Source of the DNA: Thermoplasmatota archaeon | GTDB lineage: Archaea; Thermoplasmatota; Penumbrarchaeia; Penumbrarchaeales; Penumbrarchaeaceae | Direction: 5' to 3' | DNA length: 22,832 bases | Assembly (NCBI GenBank): GCA_965234725.1 | Contig: CBDDUX010000064.1 | Span: 1-22,832, forward strand | In this document: positions 7,811 through 16,484 of the stretch, in pieces | How positions within the stretch are numbered: position 1 is the stretch's first letter | Layout of the letters: the number at the start of each line of letters is the position of its first letter | Notes under the pieces: model-generated | What the model saw: only the letters and a program-made list of their open reading frames with translations | Told to the model about the DNA's origin: nothing | Database searches by the model: none | Translations under genes and position numbers: made by a program

Positions 7811-8118
7811 TCATTTTGGAGCTCCTCTCATCAACGCTGAACGAAGTAATCGATTGCCTTGCTTGGAAATATGACCCACTCGTTTCAATGATTTTCCTGA
7901 CTCATATACACTGGATCCAGACCAACATATGCATCAAGGGAATTATACCCGTGAAAATGGTTGACATCACCAAGGATGGCAAGAGATGTTGCACCAATGA
8001 TAGTACCTACACCATTTATGGAACTGACATACTGGTTCATCTCACTGTAGTGTTTCTGGATCTTGCCAAATATCTGTTTGGTCTGTTTGTTATTAGGGTC
8101 TAGACCTCCATTGATCAA
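7811..8118 (-). pseudogene. IS110-family transposase fragment (C-terminal Transposase_20 region), frameshifted
   Basis: SINGVGTIIGATSLAILGDVNHF...LDAYVGLDP, then after a 1-nt shift near 7906, YESGKSLKRVGHISKQGNRLLRSAL. This matches the IS110 GLxP..xSG...ISKxGNxxLR motif. The N-terminal RuvC-like domain is absent. Confidence 0.85.
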
Positions 8119-8166
8119 AAGCTCAACAAAGTAACCTCTGCCCGAAATGCAGGATATAATTAGTGT

Positions 8167-8199
8167 GGGGGGAAGGGATCGTAATAAACTCTTCCCCCC
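8167..8199. terminator. GC-rich hairpin downstream of the large surface-protein gene
   Basis: GGGGGGAAG 8167-8175 pairs with CTTCCCCCC 8191-8199, about 20 nt after the stop at 8221. Confidence 0.5.
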
Positions 8200-8220
8200 T
8201 AGGTTAGGAGGTACTTTCAG

Positions 8221-11200
8221 TTATTTCTTGTTGGTTTTTATTAGTAAACCAGATCCAACAAGAGCGACAATGGCCAGAAGGATGATGAGCATGGTGGAGA
8301 TAATCGGATTGTTGTTCACCAGCTCCTTCACAACAAAGCTGCCCTGGACCTTGACGGTCCTACTAACTGAGTTGCTGTCTCCTTCTCCTCCGGGTGCTTC
8401 CACAACGGTGTTCTCAGGATCGAGGACAACCTCAACCTTATGATCACCCGCTTCTGCGACCCATGAGAAGATGACCGTCTTCTCATCGGTCTCGTTGTCT
8501 CCGTTCCTTACCGACCTCAAGGTAGAGATCTTCTTCTCCTCACCATCGATCTTGAGCTGGACATCCACGTTCTCCGCGGGGATATCACCGACGTTCTTGA
8601 TCTTCACTATAATGGTGAGGACATCGCCGACGGTGGCATGATAGCCGCTGTCTGCATTTCCGCCCGAGAATTCCACTGCCCTGCCCTTATCGTCCTTCAC
8701 GAAGATAAGATCGGGGAACAGGACCTCGAGCTTTATGATGGTCTCATTCCAGTCACTTGGACCACCCTCTCCGCGACCTGCAACGGATATGTCTGTGGTC
8801 GCTGAGGATTGGACCTCGAACCTCGGAGCCTTCAAAGTCAGATGGATCCATGCGGTCTGACCCTTATCCAGGACAAGGGTTATGTCGCGGATCTCGTTGA
8901 GGTTGGATCCCGAAACCGCAGCTGCGGTGAAGTTCGGTGTGTAGTATACATCCGCCACCAGATTCGAGATCGGGATCTCGTTGGTGAAGTCGAAGGGTCT
9001 TATGTTGGTCGTGAAGTCAGGTGTGTTGGCGATTGCAACAAACTTACCTTCCCAACCATCATAGAGGACCTCCATCTGGTCCCTGACCGGATCATACTGC
9101 TTTCCAAGCCTCAGGGTTACCCTCTCGAGGCCGTTTCCGTAGTTGCCGACCCGGAGGACGAATGGTTTCTCCTGGTCAGGCTGGATCTGGGCGGTCATGA
9201 CATTGGTATCGTCCAGGGTTTCGACCTGTAGATCGTATGTCTGATTCACATAGACCTTAACGTATACGACCTTGGATGAGCCTTCACCTGTCAGATTCAC
9301 TCCAACAACATACCAACCGGTCCTTGTGTTTTCCGGGACCTTGATACGGCCGTTGATGAAGATATTGCTCTTCCAGTCCATGGTGAACTCATACTTCTGG
9401 TAACCTTCCAGATTGTAGAAGGTCAGATTCCAATCAAGGAGGATCTCGTAGGCATTGGGCATGATCATGTCCTCGCCGTTCCCAAGGTTGGATACCTGCA
9501 TCCTGAACCATACGTTGTTGCCGGGATCCACCCTTACACTGTCCTTTTCAATTACCACCGCATCGAACTCATAGACATGGTTGACTATGACCGTCAGCGG
9601 AGCAGAAGCACGGATATTGGTGGCATCTTTGACCACACCTATCACATTCAGGACCAGCTTCTGATTTGCTCCAACGTATCCGGGGGCAGTTACTCTGATG
9701 GTAACAGGTCTTGTCTGTCCCTGGTATACCGCCTGGGGTTCCTCGGGATATCTAACTGTCCAGCCAGGCTGCTTACCTTCTATTGAGAGTACAACATAGA
9801 TAATATCCTTGTTACCAAGGTTGGTTATCTCAAGTGTGTATTCCACAGTTCCGTTCGGATCAACATATTTGGTGGAATCCTCGATCCTGAGCTGAAGTTC
9901 GTTCACCTCACCGACTATCATGATCAGTTTGTCGACCTTGATGATATCCTCGATAACTGCTTCCTTGGACCTTCCGGAAACACCGGTCAATATGATGGGG
10001 ATCTGTGTATCCTTGGTAGCATCGATGGGACATTTCACCTTTACGGTGAATGAAGTTCCGGTGATCCCACCGAACTGTTCGGCAAGAGGCGGCGCAGTAA
10101 GGGATATGTTCGCTGTAATATCTCCGGTCTCAACGAAATACCAATCCCAACCAGCATCCAGTGGAGGCGGGCTGAGTGTAAGCTCGTAGGTATCATTGAG
10201 GTTGCCCTTGTTCAGTACGGATATCGTGTATATACCTTCAGCTCCCGGATTGATCTTGTCCCATTTCTCACCTACAAGCGGATCGAGGGGATCTGTGGAA
10301 GCCTGTTTCAGGTAGTTCAACTCGAAATCCACGAACAGGTCCAGGATCGTCAAGGTGGTTATCGTATCCGAAGCGAACTGGTCCTGTGAGGAGTTGGCCG
10401 AGATATTGATCCTTGCCATCTCTCCGATGTCACCTTCCCATGGCGCATAGACCGTCAACTGAAGGAAAGCGACCTGTTGAGAAGCGAGTCTCACATAGCT
10501 CGGATTGTCGTTCCCTTTGTCCGGTGGTGTGTCCAGTAAGGCAGACCATCCCTCGGGGATCGAATCCTGCTCGATTGCGACATAGATTACGTCCTTATTG
10601 ACCTCTGAGATGCCCTTTCCGGTGTTCTCAACGGTCAGGTTGTATGTGACATATGATCCGGGCTGGACGGACTTCACAAGGGTATCCAGGGGTTGCCCGG
10701 TCTCCATGTCCTTCCTGGGATAGATATCCACACCGAAGGAAAGCTGGGGGTTGTAGAATCCGGTCCTGTTGAGATCATAGTGGAACTCGGGCCAATCGGC
10801 CTGGCCCTTAACGGATCTTCCACCAGCGGAGATGCAATAGACATGTCCTTCCTGATCGCCGATGACGACCTCGAGCATTCCGTCGAGGTCTATGTCACCA
10901 ACAACAGGTGATGAGATACCGATGGGGACTCCGGTGTCGTAGACCCAGAGAACATCCTGAAGGGGACCGTCCCCGGGGTAGGGTACTCCCTCATCTATAC
11001 CATCCGATGGATCTCCATCGAAACAAAAGACCTTACCTGAATCGGAACCTATCACGATCTCCAGTTCATCATCATTGTTGATATTGCATATTGCAGGAGA
11101 TGACATGCACCTTCCACCTGTATCGAAAGTCCATAATGCGTTATGGAACTCGGAGTTCAAAACATACATCATTCCATTGTCAGCACCGAAGATGACCTCA

Positions 11201-12453
11201 TAGTCGAGATGCTTCTCTTCAGGATCGTCCTTTGCTACCTGAAGATCGGCTATTGCCGGTGATGAGAAGATGGATGCACGGGAGTTACCAGTCTGGTAGT
11301 CCCAGAGCTTCTTCCCGGAAGGAGTATAAACAAAGAGCTTTCCACCCCATCCGGTCCAGGTCAATTCCCATCCTTCGGAGCTTCCGATGAATATTTCGCA
11401 CTCTGGTGTACCCGTGACGTTTGCAACTGCCGCTGTTGCATAGGTCTGGTGACCAGCAAGCATTCCTGAAGTTGATTCGTCGTAATTGGGTTTCCCCTCA
11501 GCATTCTCTCCCTGCCTTTCAAAGATCCTCAGACCTCTGTCGTGGTTTCCGATGATGAGTTCTGTATCCCTCTCCTTTGACGGGTCCGGGTCGATCAGAG
11601 TAGGACCATCCCAGAAATCACCATCAAGATCATGGGCAACGACAGAGCATCCGATAAGACCCCCCTCTTCACCTGTAGGAGCTTGTTCTCTGAAGATCGC
11701 ACCACCGTCGACCTCGAAGGCCTCCAGCCATCCCTTCCGTCCTTCATCGTCGGATGCAAGGACGATCTCAAGGTCCTCCTTATCGCCTGTCCATTCTCCC
11801 TCAAGATCGGTGATACAGGCTGTGGAGAAGTAATATCCAGTTGTCAATCCCTTCTTCCACTGCTTCTCACCGTCGGACCCGATACATAGAGCACCATCCT
11901 TAACACCGAGGATTATCTCAGGCGTATCACCGAGGTTCACGTCAGCGGTTATAACGGAAGCAAAGATAGGCGGAGGAACGAAATCGAGACCGGATGTACC
12001 AGCCGTTTGTCCGAGATAGTCTATAACATCGTCACCATACGGATTGGACCAGAAATAGCTTCCGTCCGGTCTCAATGCATAGATGTAATCACCAGCCGAG
12101 GCGATAACGACCTCAAGATCGTTGTCATTGTCCAGATCGACAATGGCAGGGGATGAGAGATATTCTCCCTCAGCCTCGAATAGAGTCGTCTGCCATTCAA
12201 GCTGACCTCCTCCAGACCTGGTGATGTAGTCATTCACAAGCGGGTTTCCAGTATCATCTACGGGTGCCTTGATCTGACCAAATTTCTCGAAGAGATCCCT
12301 CTTCGAATTGAGCCAGGTATCGAAAACAAGGTTGTCGACATCGACGGTATCGACATACTTGTAAAGCACATATCCTCCAATGGCCGAAGCCGTGAGGAGC
12401 ATCAGGATGCCCCCGATGAGCAGTAGTCCCTTGGGTTCAGATCTTTTCGACAT
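8221..12453 (-). CDS. Large cell-surface protein: FG-GAP/PQQ-like beta-propeller, tandem Ig-like (NEW3/CARDB-like) domains, C-terminal membrane anchor
   Basis: Repeated SSPAIxDLDxDxxLEVVI blades; repeated V.PG...Y.L.V.N.GN modules; CARDB-like tail (IKNVGDIPAENVDVQL...VVLDPENTVVE); N-terminal hydrophobic segment; C-terminal TM helix with a basic tail. AGGAGG RBS favours ATG 12453. Confidence 0.88.
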   Translation of the reverse strand: MSKRSEPKGLLLIGGILMLLTASAIGGYVLYKYVDTVDVDNLVFDTWLNSKRDLFEKFGQIKAPVDDTGNPLVNDYITRSGGGQLEWQTTLFEAEGEYLSSPAIVDLDNDNDLEVVIASAGDYIYALRPDGSYFWSNPYGDDVIDYLGQTAGTSGLDFVPPPIFASVITADVNLGDTPEIILGVKDGALCIGSDGEKQWKKGLTTGYYFSTACITDLEGEWTGDKEDLEIVLASDDEGRKGWLEAFEVDGGAIFREQAPTGEEGGLIGCSVVAHDLDGDFWDGPTLIDPDPSKERDTELIIGNHDRGLRIFERQGENAEGKPNYDESTSGMLAGHQTYATAAVANVTGTPECEIFIGSSEGWELTWTGWGGKLFVYTPSGKKLWDYQTGNSRASIFSSPAIADLQVAKDDPEEKHLDYEVIFGADNGMMYVLNSEFHNALWTFDTGGRCMSSPAICNINNDDELEIVIGSDSGKVFCFDGDPSDGIDEGVPYPGDGPLQDVLWVYDTGVPIGISSPVVGDIDLDGMLEVVIGDQEGHVYCISAGGRSVKGQADWPEFHYDLNRTGFYNPQLSFGVDIYPRKDMETGQPLDTLVKSVQPGSYVTYNLTVENTGKGISEVNKDVIYVAIEQDSIPEGWSALLDTPPDKGNDNPSYVRLASQQVAFLQLTVYAPWEGDIGEMARINISANSSQDQFASDTITTLTILDLFVDFELNYLKQASTDPLDPLVGEKWDKINPGAEGIYTISVLNKGNLNDTYELTLSPPPLDAGWDWYFVETGDITANISLTAPPLAEQFGGITGTSFTVKVKCPIDATKDTQIPIILTGVSGRSKEAVIEDIIKVDKLIMIVGEVNELQLRIEDSTKYVDPNGTVEYTLEITNLGNKDIIYVVLSIEGKQPGWTVRYPEEPQAVYQGQTRPVTIRVTAPGYVGANQKLVLNVIGVVKDATNIRASAPLTVIVNHVYEFDAVVIEKDSVRVDPGNNVWFRMQVSNLGNGEDMIMPNAYEILLDWNLTFYNLEGYQKYEFTMDWKSNIFINGRIKVPENTRTGWYVVGVNLTGEGSSKVVYVKVYVNQTYDLQVETLDDTNVMTAQIQPDQEKPFVLRVGNYGNGLERVTLRLGKQYDPVRDQMEVLYDGWEGKFVAIANTPDFTTNIRPFDFTNEIPISNLVADVYYTPNFTAAAVSGSNLNEIRDITLVLDKGQTAWIHLTLKAPRFEVQSSATTDISVAGRGEGGPSDWNETIIKLEVLFPDLIFVKDDKGRAVEFSGGNADSGYHATVGDVLTIIVKIKNVGDIPAENVDVQLKIDGEEKKISTLRSVRNGDNETDEKTVIFSWVAEAGDHKVEVVLDPENTVVEAPGGEGDSNSVSRTVKVQGSFVVKELVNNNPIISTMLIILLAIVALVGSGLLIKTNKK

Positions 12454-12692
12454 CAAGTGAATTCCTCCTTTCCAAGAACCCAAGAGCGTATCCTATATGA
12501 TTCATCATTTTTGAGTGTATAAATAATCATCTGTACATAAATTGTAACAAATTTCTTGGGAAAGAAGATATTCTTGTACAGTATTTGTATTATTATACAT
12601 AGTTACACAATATTGAAAGATTCCGGATGGATTAAAATCTCAAATTTCGCTATGACAGGGTGTTGCAACCAACAAAATGAGAAATGAATAGA

Positions 12693-12745
12693 GGGTCATG
12701 GGGTCTTCAAGCAGAAAGCTAGAAGCGTTGACAAGCCCATGACCC
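12693..12745 (+). promoter_or_regulatory. Hairpin directly upstream of the transposase start
   Basis: GGGTCATGGG 12693-12702 / CCCATGACCC 12736-12745 form a perfect 10-bp stem ending 10 nt before ATG 12756. Confidence 0.5.
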
Positions 12746-12755
12746 AGTGCTTAAA

Positions 12756-14342
12756 ATGCCAACAGAACGAGTATATCCTTCCCAGATAAAGATTGTTTCG
12801 GAATACTTGAACGATGTCACTCTGTCAACCATCATGGATCTCAAGGAAAATACGGGGATCACTCACCAACAATATCGAAGGATGGTCAAAGACAAGACAC
12901 TCACAACATCGCTCAATTACGAACACAACTGGATCACATTGACAAGCATCATCAGGAAGAACAAAGATCATTGGGGTTTTTTCACACACCGTATTGAAAG
13001 ATACTCAAGGACAGTTGCGATATTCCACATAAAGAGAACCGGAAAGGACACGCTGCCATACCTGGCTTCAAAGAGACCATGGGGATTGTCAGAAAAAGAA
13101 GCAGAAGAACTACTTGGAAGGGACTGCAAGAGACCTCTTAGAGAACTGGAGAAGAACAATTCCATCCAGTCCAGAATCATACATGGTGATAGAGTTTACC
13201 TGAACAGGGTCAACAAGAAAGCGGATATCCAGGTAAAAGAGAGAAGGATCAATCCAAAGTTCCATACAGATGATAATGAAGAGGATGAAGATAAGGTCGG
13301 ATACATCAAATACGAAGATTTCTGCAAGACCTTCAAGGAAGCTTTGAACGAAATGGACGAACAATGTCCGGTATCCGATGACAGGATATCCACACTGATG
13401 ATGATGTTCAACACGAACAGATCGCTCAGAACAATGGAGACATGGGTGAGGTTCAATACCAGGGTGCAAGAAGCTGTAGGTCTCAATTGGGACATCGATC
13501 ATTCAACATTATGCCGGGACATGGGCCAGATAGATGAAAGTTACCTGAAAAGACTATTCCATCATCTGGTGATGAAACTGCATGATAAGGGCATAATAAC
13601 AGGGAAGTTCCTTGTTGTAGATGCTACGCATATCTATGCATTCTGCAATACCAGAAAAGACACTGATAGATACGGTATTGAAGGTGCAACCTGGGGCAAC
13701 CATCATGGGAGTTTCTATGGTTACAAGATACATATCCTGATAGATGCCGAATCAGAACTGCCTGTTGCGATGATATTCAGCACCGGTAAAGACAACGATT
13801 CCCCTCATTTCATTCCACTCTTAGATGATCACGTTGAGAACAACGATCTTGGTGAAGCTGGAGCACTCCTAGCCGATGATGGATACGATGTGAAGAAGTT
13901 CAGAAAAGAGGTTTTAAACAAGACTGGCGGGATATTCCTACCTGCCTGCAATCCGAGGAAAAGCAAGATACTTAAGAGGATGAAAGCCAGGATTAAGAAA
14001 CTGTTTGACACTCATGGTGACAAGATCCATTCTGTTGAAGATGGTTTCAGGTATCTTGGTCAGACGTTCCTGACGATGTTCGGAATAGAGCTTGGTGATC
14101 CGGGTGCCAATAAACTTGTTGAGCTGATAGCTGAGAGATTGCACAGACCTCTCCGTGCGGGAGTAGAACGTGTATTTTCACGGTTGAAAGCTTTGACATC
14201 ATTTGAAGAACCGAAAGCTAGGATTCTGGATACTGTGAAGAAGACGGTGTGGTTCTGTTTGATAGGTCAGCTTGTTCAGGCCAGGACTGCTGTTGACAAA
14301 GGTTTGAGAGGATCTATGCGTAAACGAACAGCTCTGGTCTGA
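12756..14342 (+). CDS. DDE transposase (DDE_Tnp_1-like) with long N-terminal HTH-like extension
   Basis: Motifs DHSTLCR, LVVDATH, YGYKIH, LLADDGYD and RAGVERVFSRLK. Confidence 0.9.
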   Translation: MPTERVYPSQIKIVSEYLNDVTLSTIMDLKENTGITHQQYRRMVKDKTLTTSLNYEHNWITLTSIIRKNKDHWGFFTHRIERYSRTVAIFHIKRTGKDTLPYLASKRPWGLSEKEAEELLGRDCKRPLRELEKNNSIQSRIIHGDRVYLNRVNKKADIQVKERRINPKFHTDDNEEDEDKVGYIKYEDFCKTFKEALNEMDEQCPVSDDRISTLMMMFNTNRSLRTMETWVRFNTRVQEAVGLNWDIDHSTLCRDMGQIDESYLKRLFHHLVMKLHDKGIITGKFLVVDATHIYAFCNTRKDTDRYGIEGATWGNHHGSFYGYKIHILIDAESELPVAMIFSTGKDNDSPHFIPLLDDHVENNDLGEAGALLADDGYDVKKFRKEVLNKTGGIFLPACNPRKSKILKRMKARIKKLFDTHGDKIHSVEDGFRYLGQTFLTMFGIELGDPGANKLVELIAERLHRPLRAGVERVFSRLKALTSFEEPKARILDTVKKTVWFCLIGQLVQARTAVDKGLRGSMRKRTALV

Positions 14343-14528
14343 CCAATAACCGGGCAACATCTGTCCGAGAAATCAGCTTCAGCTTTGTCAATATCCATCA
14401 ATAGTTCGTATAATGGTCCAAATATTGTCTTTTTATGACATCATTCACTTGCATTTCTCATTTTGTTGTGGATGTTAGAAACCGATTTTACATTTTATAT
14501 TCCCATCTTGTTCATGCAACACCCTGTA

Positions 14529-14651
14529 GGAGTGTGTCCGAGAAATAAAAAAACAATCTCATCGGAGGGTATATTCAATCTTCAAACTACCCGTTTTTCA
14601 AGGTAAAGTTACCCGTCCGTGTGGTTGAAAGTCATTTCTCGGATAGGCTCT
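14529..14651. mobile_element. MITE, 123 bp, with IS5-like ends
   Basis: IR GAGTGTGTCCGAGAAAT 14530-14546 / ATTTCTCGGATAGGCTC 14634-14650 (14/17 match); flanked by TA on both sides; no ORF. Confidence 0.6.
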
Positions 14652-14739
14652 TAACATATCTTATTTCACCCTTGTTATATACTCTTCAACAATAAGTCTA
14701 CTGTAATACTATAACTCCTACTTTAGATAAAATCTGTTT

Positions 14740-14960
14740 GTCCCATTACTACAAATGCAATGTGTAATCCCCTGTTGTGGCCTTTGAAGGCAAACACATA
14801 ACCCCAGCCGAAGGATAAAAACAGCACAGAGACATAAGGCCTCGCCAATAGTCTCTAACACGAAGAGGAAAAATTGTACGGATATAAATTTGATTACAAA
14901 GTTAATTCCATGTCCTTCTGTCCCATTAAGTATACATATTGTTCAAATTTCGTCCCATTA
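14740..14960 (+). promoter_or_regulatory. Repeated GTCCCATTA motif upstream of the regulator gene (candidate operator)
   Basis: Exact 9-mer at 14740-14748, 14920-14928 and 14952-14960; degenerate copy near 14973. Confidence 0.4.
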
Positions 14961-14993
14961 TGATTATATCTTGTCCATGATAATGTTGGCATC

Positions 14994-16484
14994 ATGTCCA
15001 AGAGAAATGTATTCCTCTCAGTTTCGATCCTAATTTTGATTCTGATGATGGCAATCCTGATCTGCTTCCCAGGGGATGGGGAAGAAAATGACCTGGATTA
15101 TATCTTCCCTTCGGACGGACTTGAAGATGAGACAAACAGAGACCAATTGGCAAATTGGTTTCTTGAAGGATTCAACATTAGCAATGATTTGGTCGATCCT
15201 TGGAAGACTTCAAATGAATCTTGTTGCGGGATGAATGGATTCGTATCATATCAGTACAATGTTACTGAGGAAATCACACTGAGGCTCATTTATATTAATG
15301 GATATTTTACACAACTTGAACTATTCAGCAGATGGGGAGTATATTCGGATCCTGTTCAGAATATCCATGATATTGCGTCGATCATTAGTGTGAACATGAA
15401 TGATCCAAATATTGATACATCAAAGATTAGCAGCAGTTACGTACCCAACTACAATCCAAAATACGAGATAAGAGGTTACTACAACATTTCATCGACGAAC
15501 GATATGGATAAACGAGGATTCACAAATTCCAATTCCATCGATTTCAGGGAGGTTCCCAGGGGCGAACATACTTACAGCCAAATCACAATTAACGCTTGGT
15601 ACTCGGGAATCCATTCATTCGCGGGCTCGGAATATGAACTGATCGAGGGATCATTGGACGCATTTTTATTATTGGAACCTGAATTCAAAGATAGAAGATT
15701 ATTGAAGTCTAAGGTTTCCACAATAAATGAGAATAAAACAACCTTATATTATCCAGATTTCGAACCTTCATTACATATCAATCACCATTTCGAACATGAG
15801 GATGAGGATTCATTATACTCAGTTCGGACCTTGACCAGTATTGAAGATGGATCTGTAATCTCGTATGAGGTGGGAACCATCACAAATTCATCCGTATATT
15901 GGCCTGAGGATCTTGATCCAAGGGTCAAAGGGACCGATGATCCTGATATAATTACATTGATTATTTCGATATTAACAGTCGTTGGGGTGATCGCAACATT
16001 CCTTCTGATCCTGCTATTTTCAGTATTTGTTATGGCCAACAGAAGGTCAAAGGGAATAATGGATACATTGCTGAGAAAAAGGATCTTTGAATTAATACAA
16101 AAGGAACCGGGAATTCATTTTCGACAGATCATGAGGGAATTGGACATTAAACAGGGTGTATTAGGGTATCATCTGAATGTCTTAGAGCAAGAAAGCTATA
16201 TCAGATCTATCCAGAAGGGGGTCTACAGGTGTTTTTACGGATCGGACACTAAAAGCGTTCTTCATTTGAAGCTCAACAAAGCTCAGCAGAAGATCCTTCA
16301 CGAGATCGATAAGAATCCTGGCATTTCGCTTTCAAAGATCTCTAACACTCTTTCAAAAACGAAGACCCTTGTGTATTATCACACTTCTATACTTAATGAA
16401 GCAGGATTGATAGACAAGGAAAAGGATGGAAAAGTTACGAGTTTCTTTATAACAGGGGTAGGAAAGGAATACCTTGTGGGATGA
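14994..16484 (+). CDS. Membrane-anchored transcriptional regulator: extracytoplasmic domain, TM helix, tandem winged HTH (ArsR/MarR-like)
   Basis: N-terminal hydrophobic segment and a second TM (IITLIISILTVVGVIATFLLILLFSVFV), then RKRIFELIQKEPGIHFRQI...YHLNVLE and ILHEIDKNPGISLSKIS...YHTSILNEAGLI. Confidence 0.85.
   Translation: MSKRNVFLSVSILILILMMAILICFPGDGEENDLDYIFPSDGLEDETNRDQLANWFLEGFNISNDLVDPWKTSNESCCGMNGFVSYQYNVTEEITLRLIYINGYFTQLELFSRWGVYSDPVQNIHDIASIISVNMNDPNIDTSKISSSYVPNYNPKYEIRGYYNISSTNDMDKRGFTNSNSIDFREVPRGEHTYSQITINAWYSGIHSFAGSEYELIEGSLDAFLLLEPEFKDRRLLKSKVSTINENKTTLYYPDFEPSLHINHHFEHEDEDSLYSVRTLTSIEDGSVISYEVGTITNSSVYWPEDLDPRVKGTDDPDIITLIISILTVVGVIATFLLILLFSVFVMANRRSKGIMDTLLRKRIFELIQKEPGIHFRQIMRELDIKQGVLGYHLNVLEQESYIRSIQKGVYRCFYGSDTKSVLHLKLNKAQQKILHEIDKNPGISLSKISNTLSKTKTLVYYHTSILNEAGLIDKEKDGKVTSFFITGVGKEYLVG

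Larger units (their letters stand above)
12656..14526 (+). mobile_element. Insertion sequence, IS4/IS5-superfamily DDE type, 1871 bp
   Basis: Perfect terminal IR CAGGGTGTTGCA 12656-12667 / TGCAACACCCTG 14515-14526, extending imperfectly to ~28 bp. Flanks TATGA and TAGGA suggest a 5-bp TSD with one mismatch. Confidence 0.85.

Noticed and set aside
8147..11889. Many plus-strand ORFs opposite the large surface-protein gene
   Set aside because: Expected shadow ORFs in GC-richer coding DNA; unlike 5.1-7.8 kb they show no chain of overlapping starts and stops.
12530..12615. TGTA/TACA-rich short palindromes upstream of the surface-protein gene
   Set aside because: Could be operators, but they are short and sit in AT-rich DNA, so they are not distinguishable from chance.
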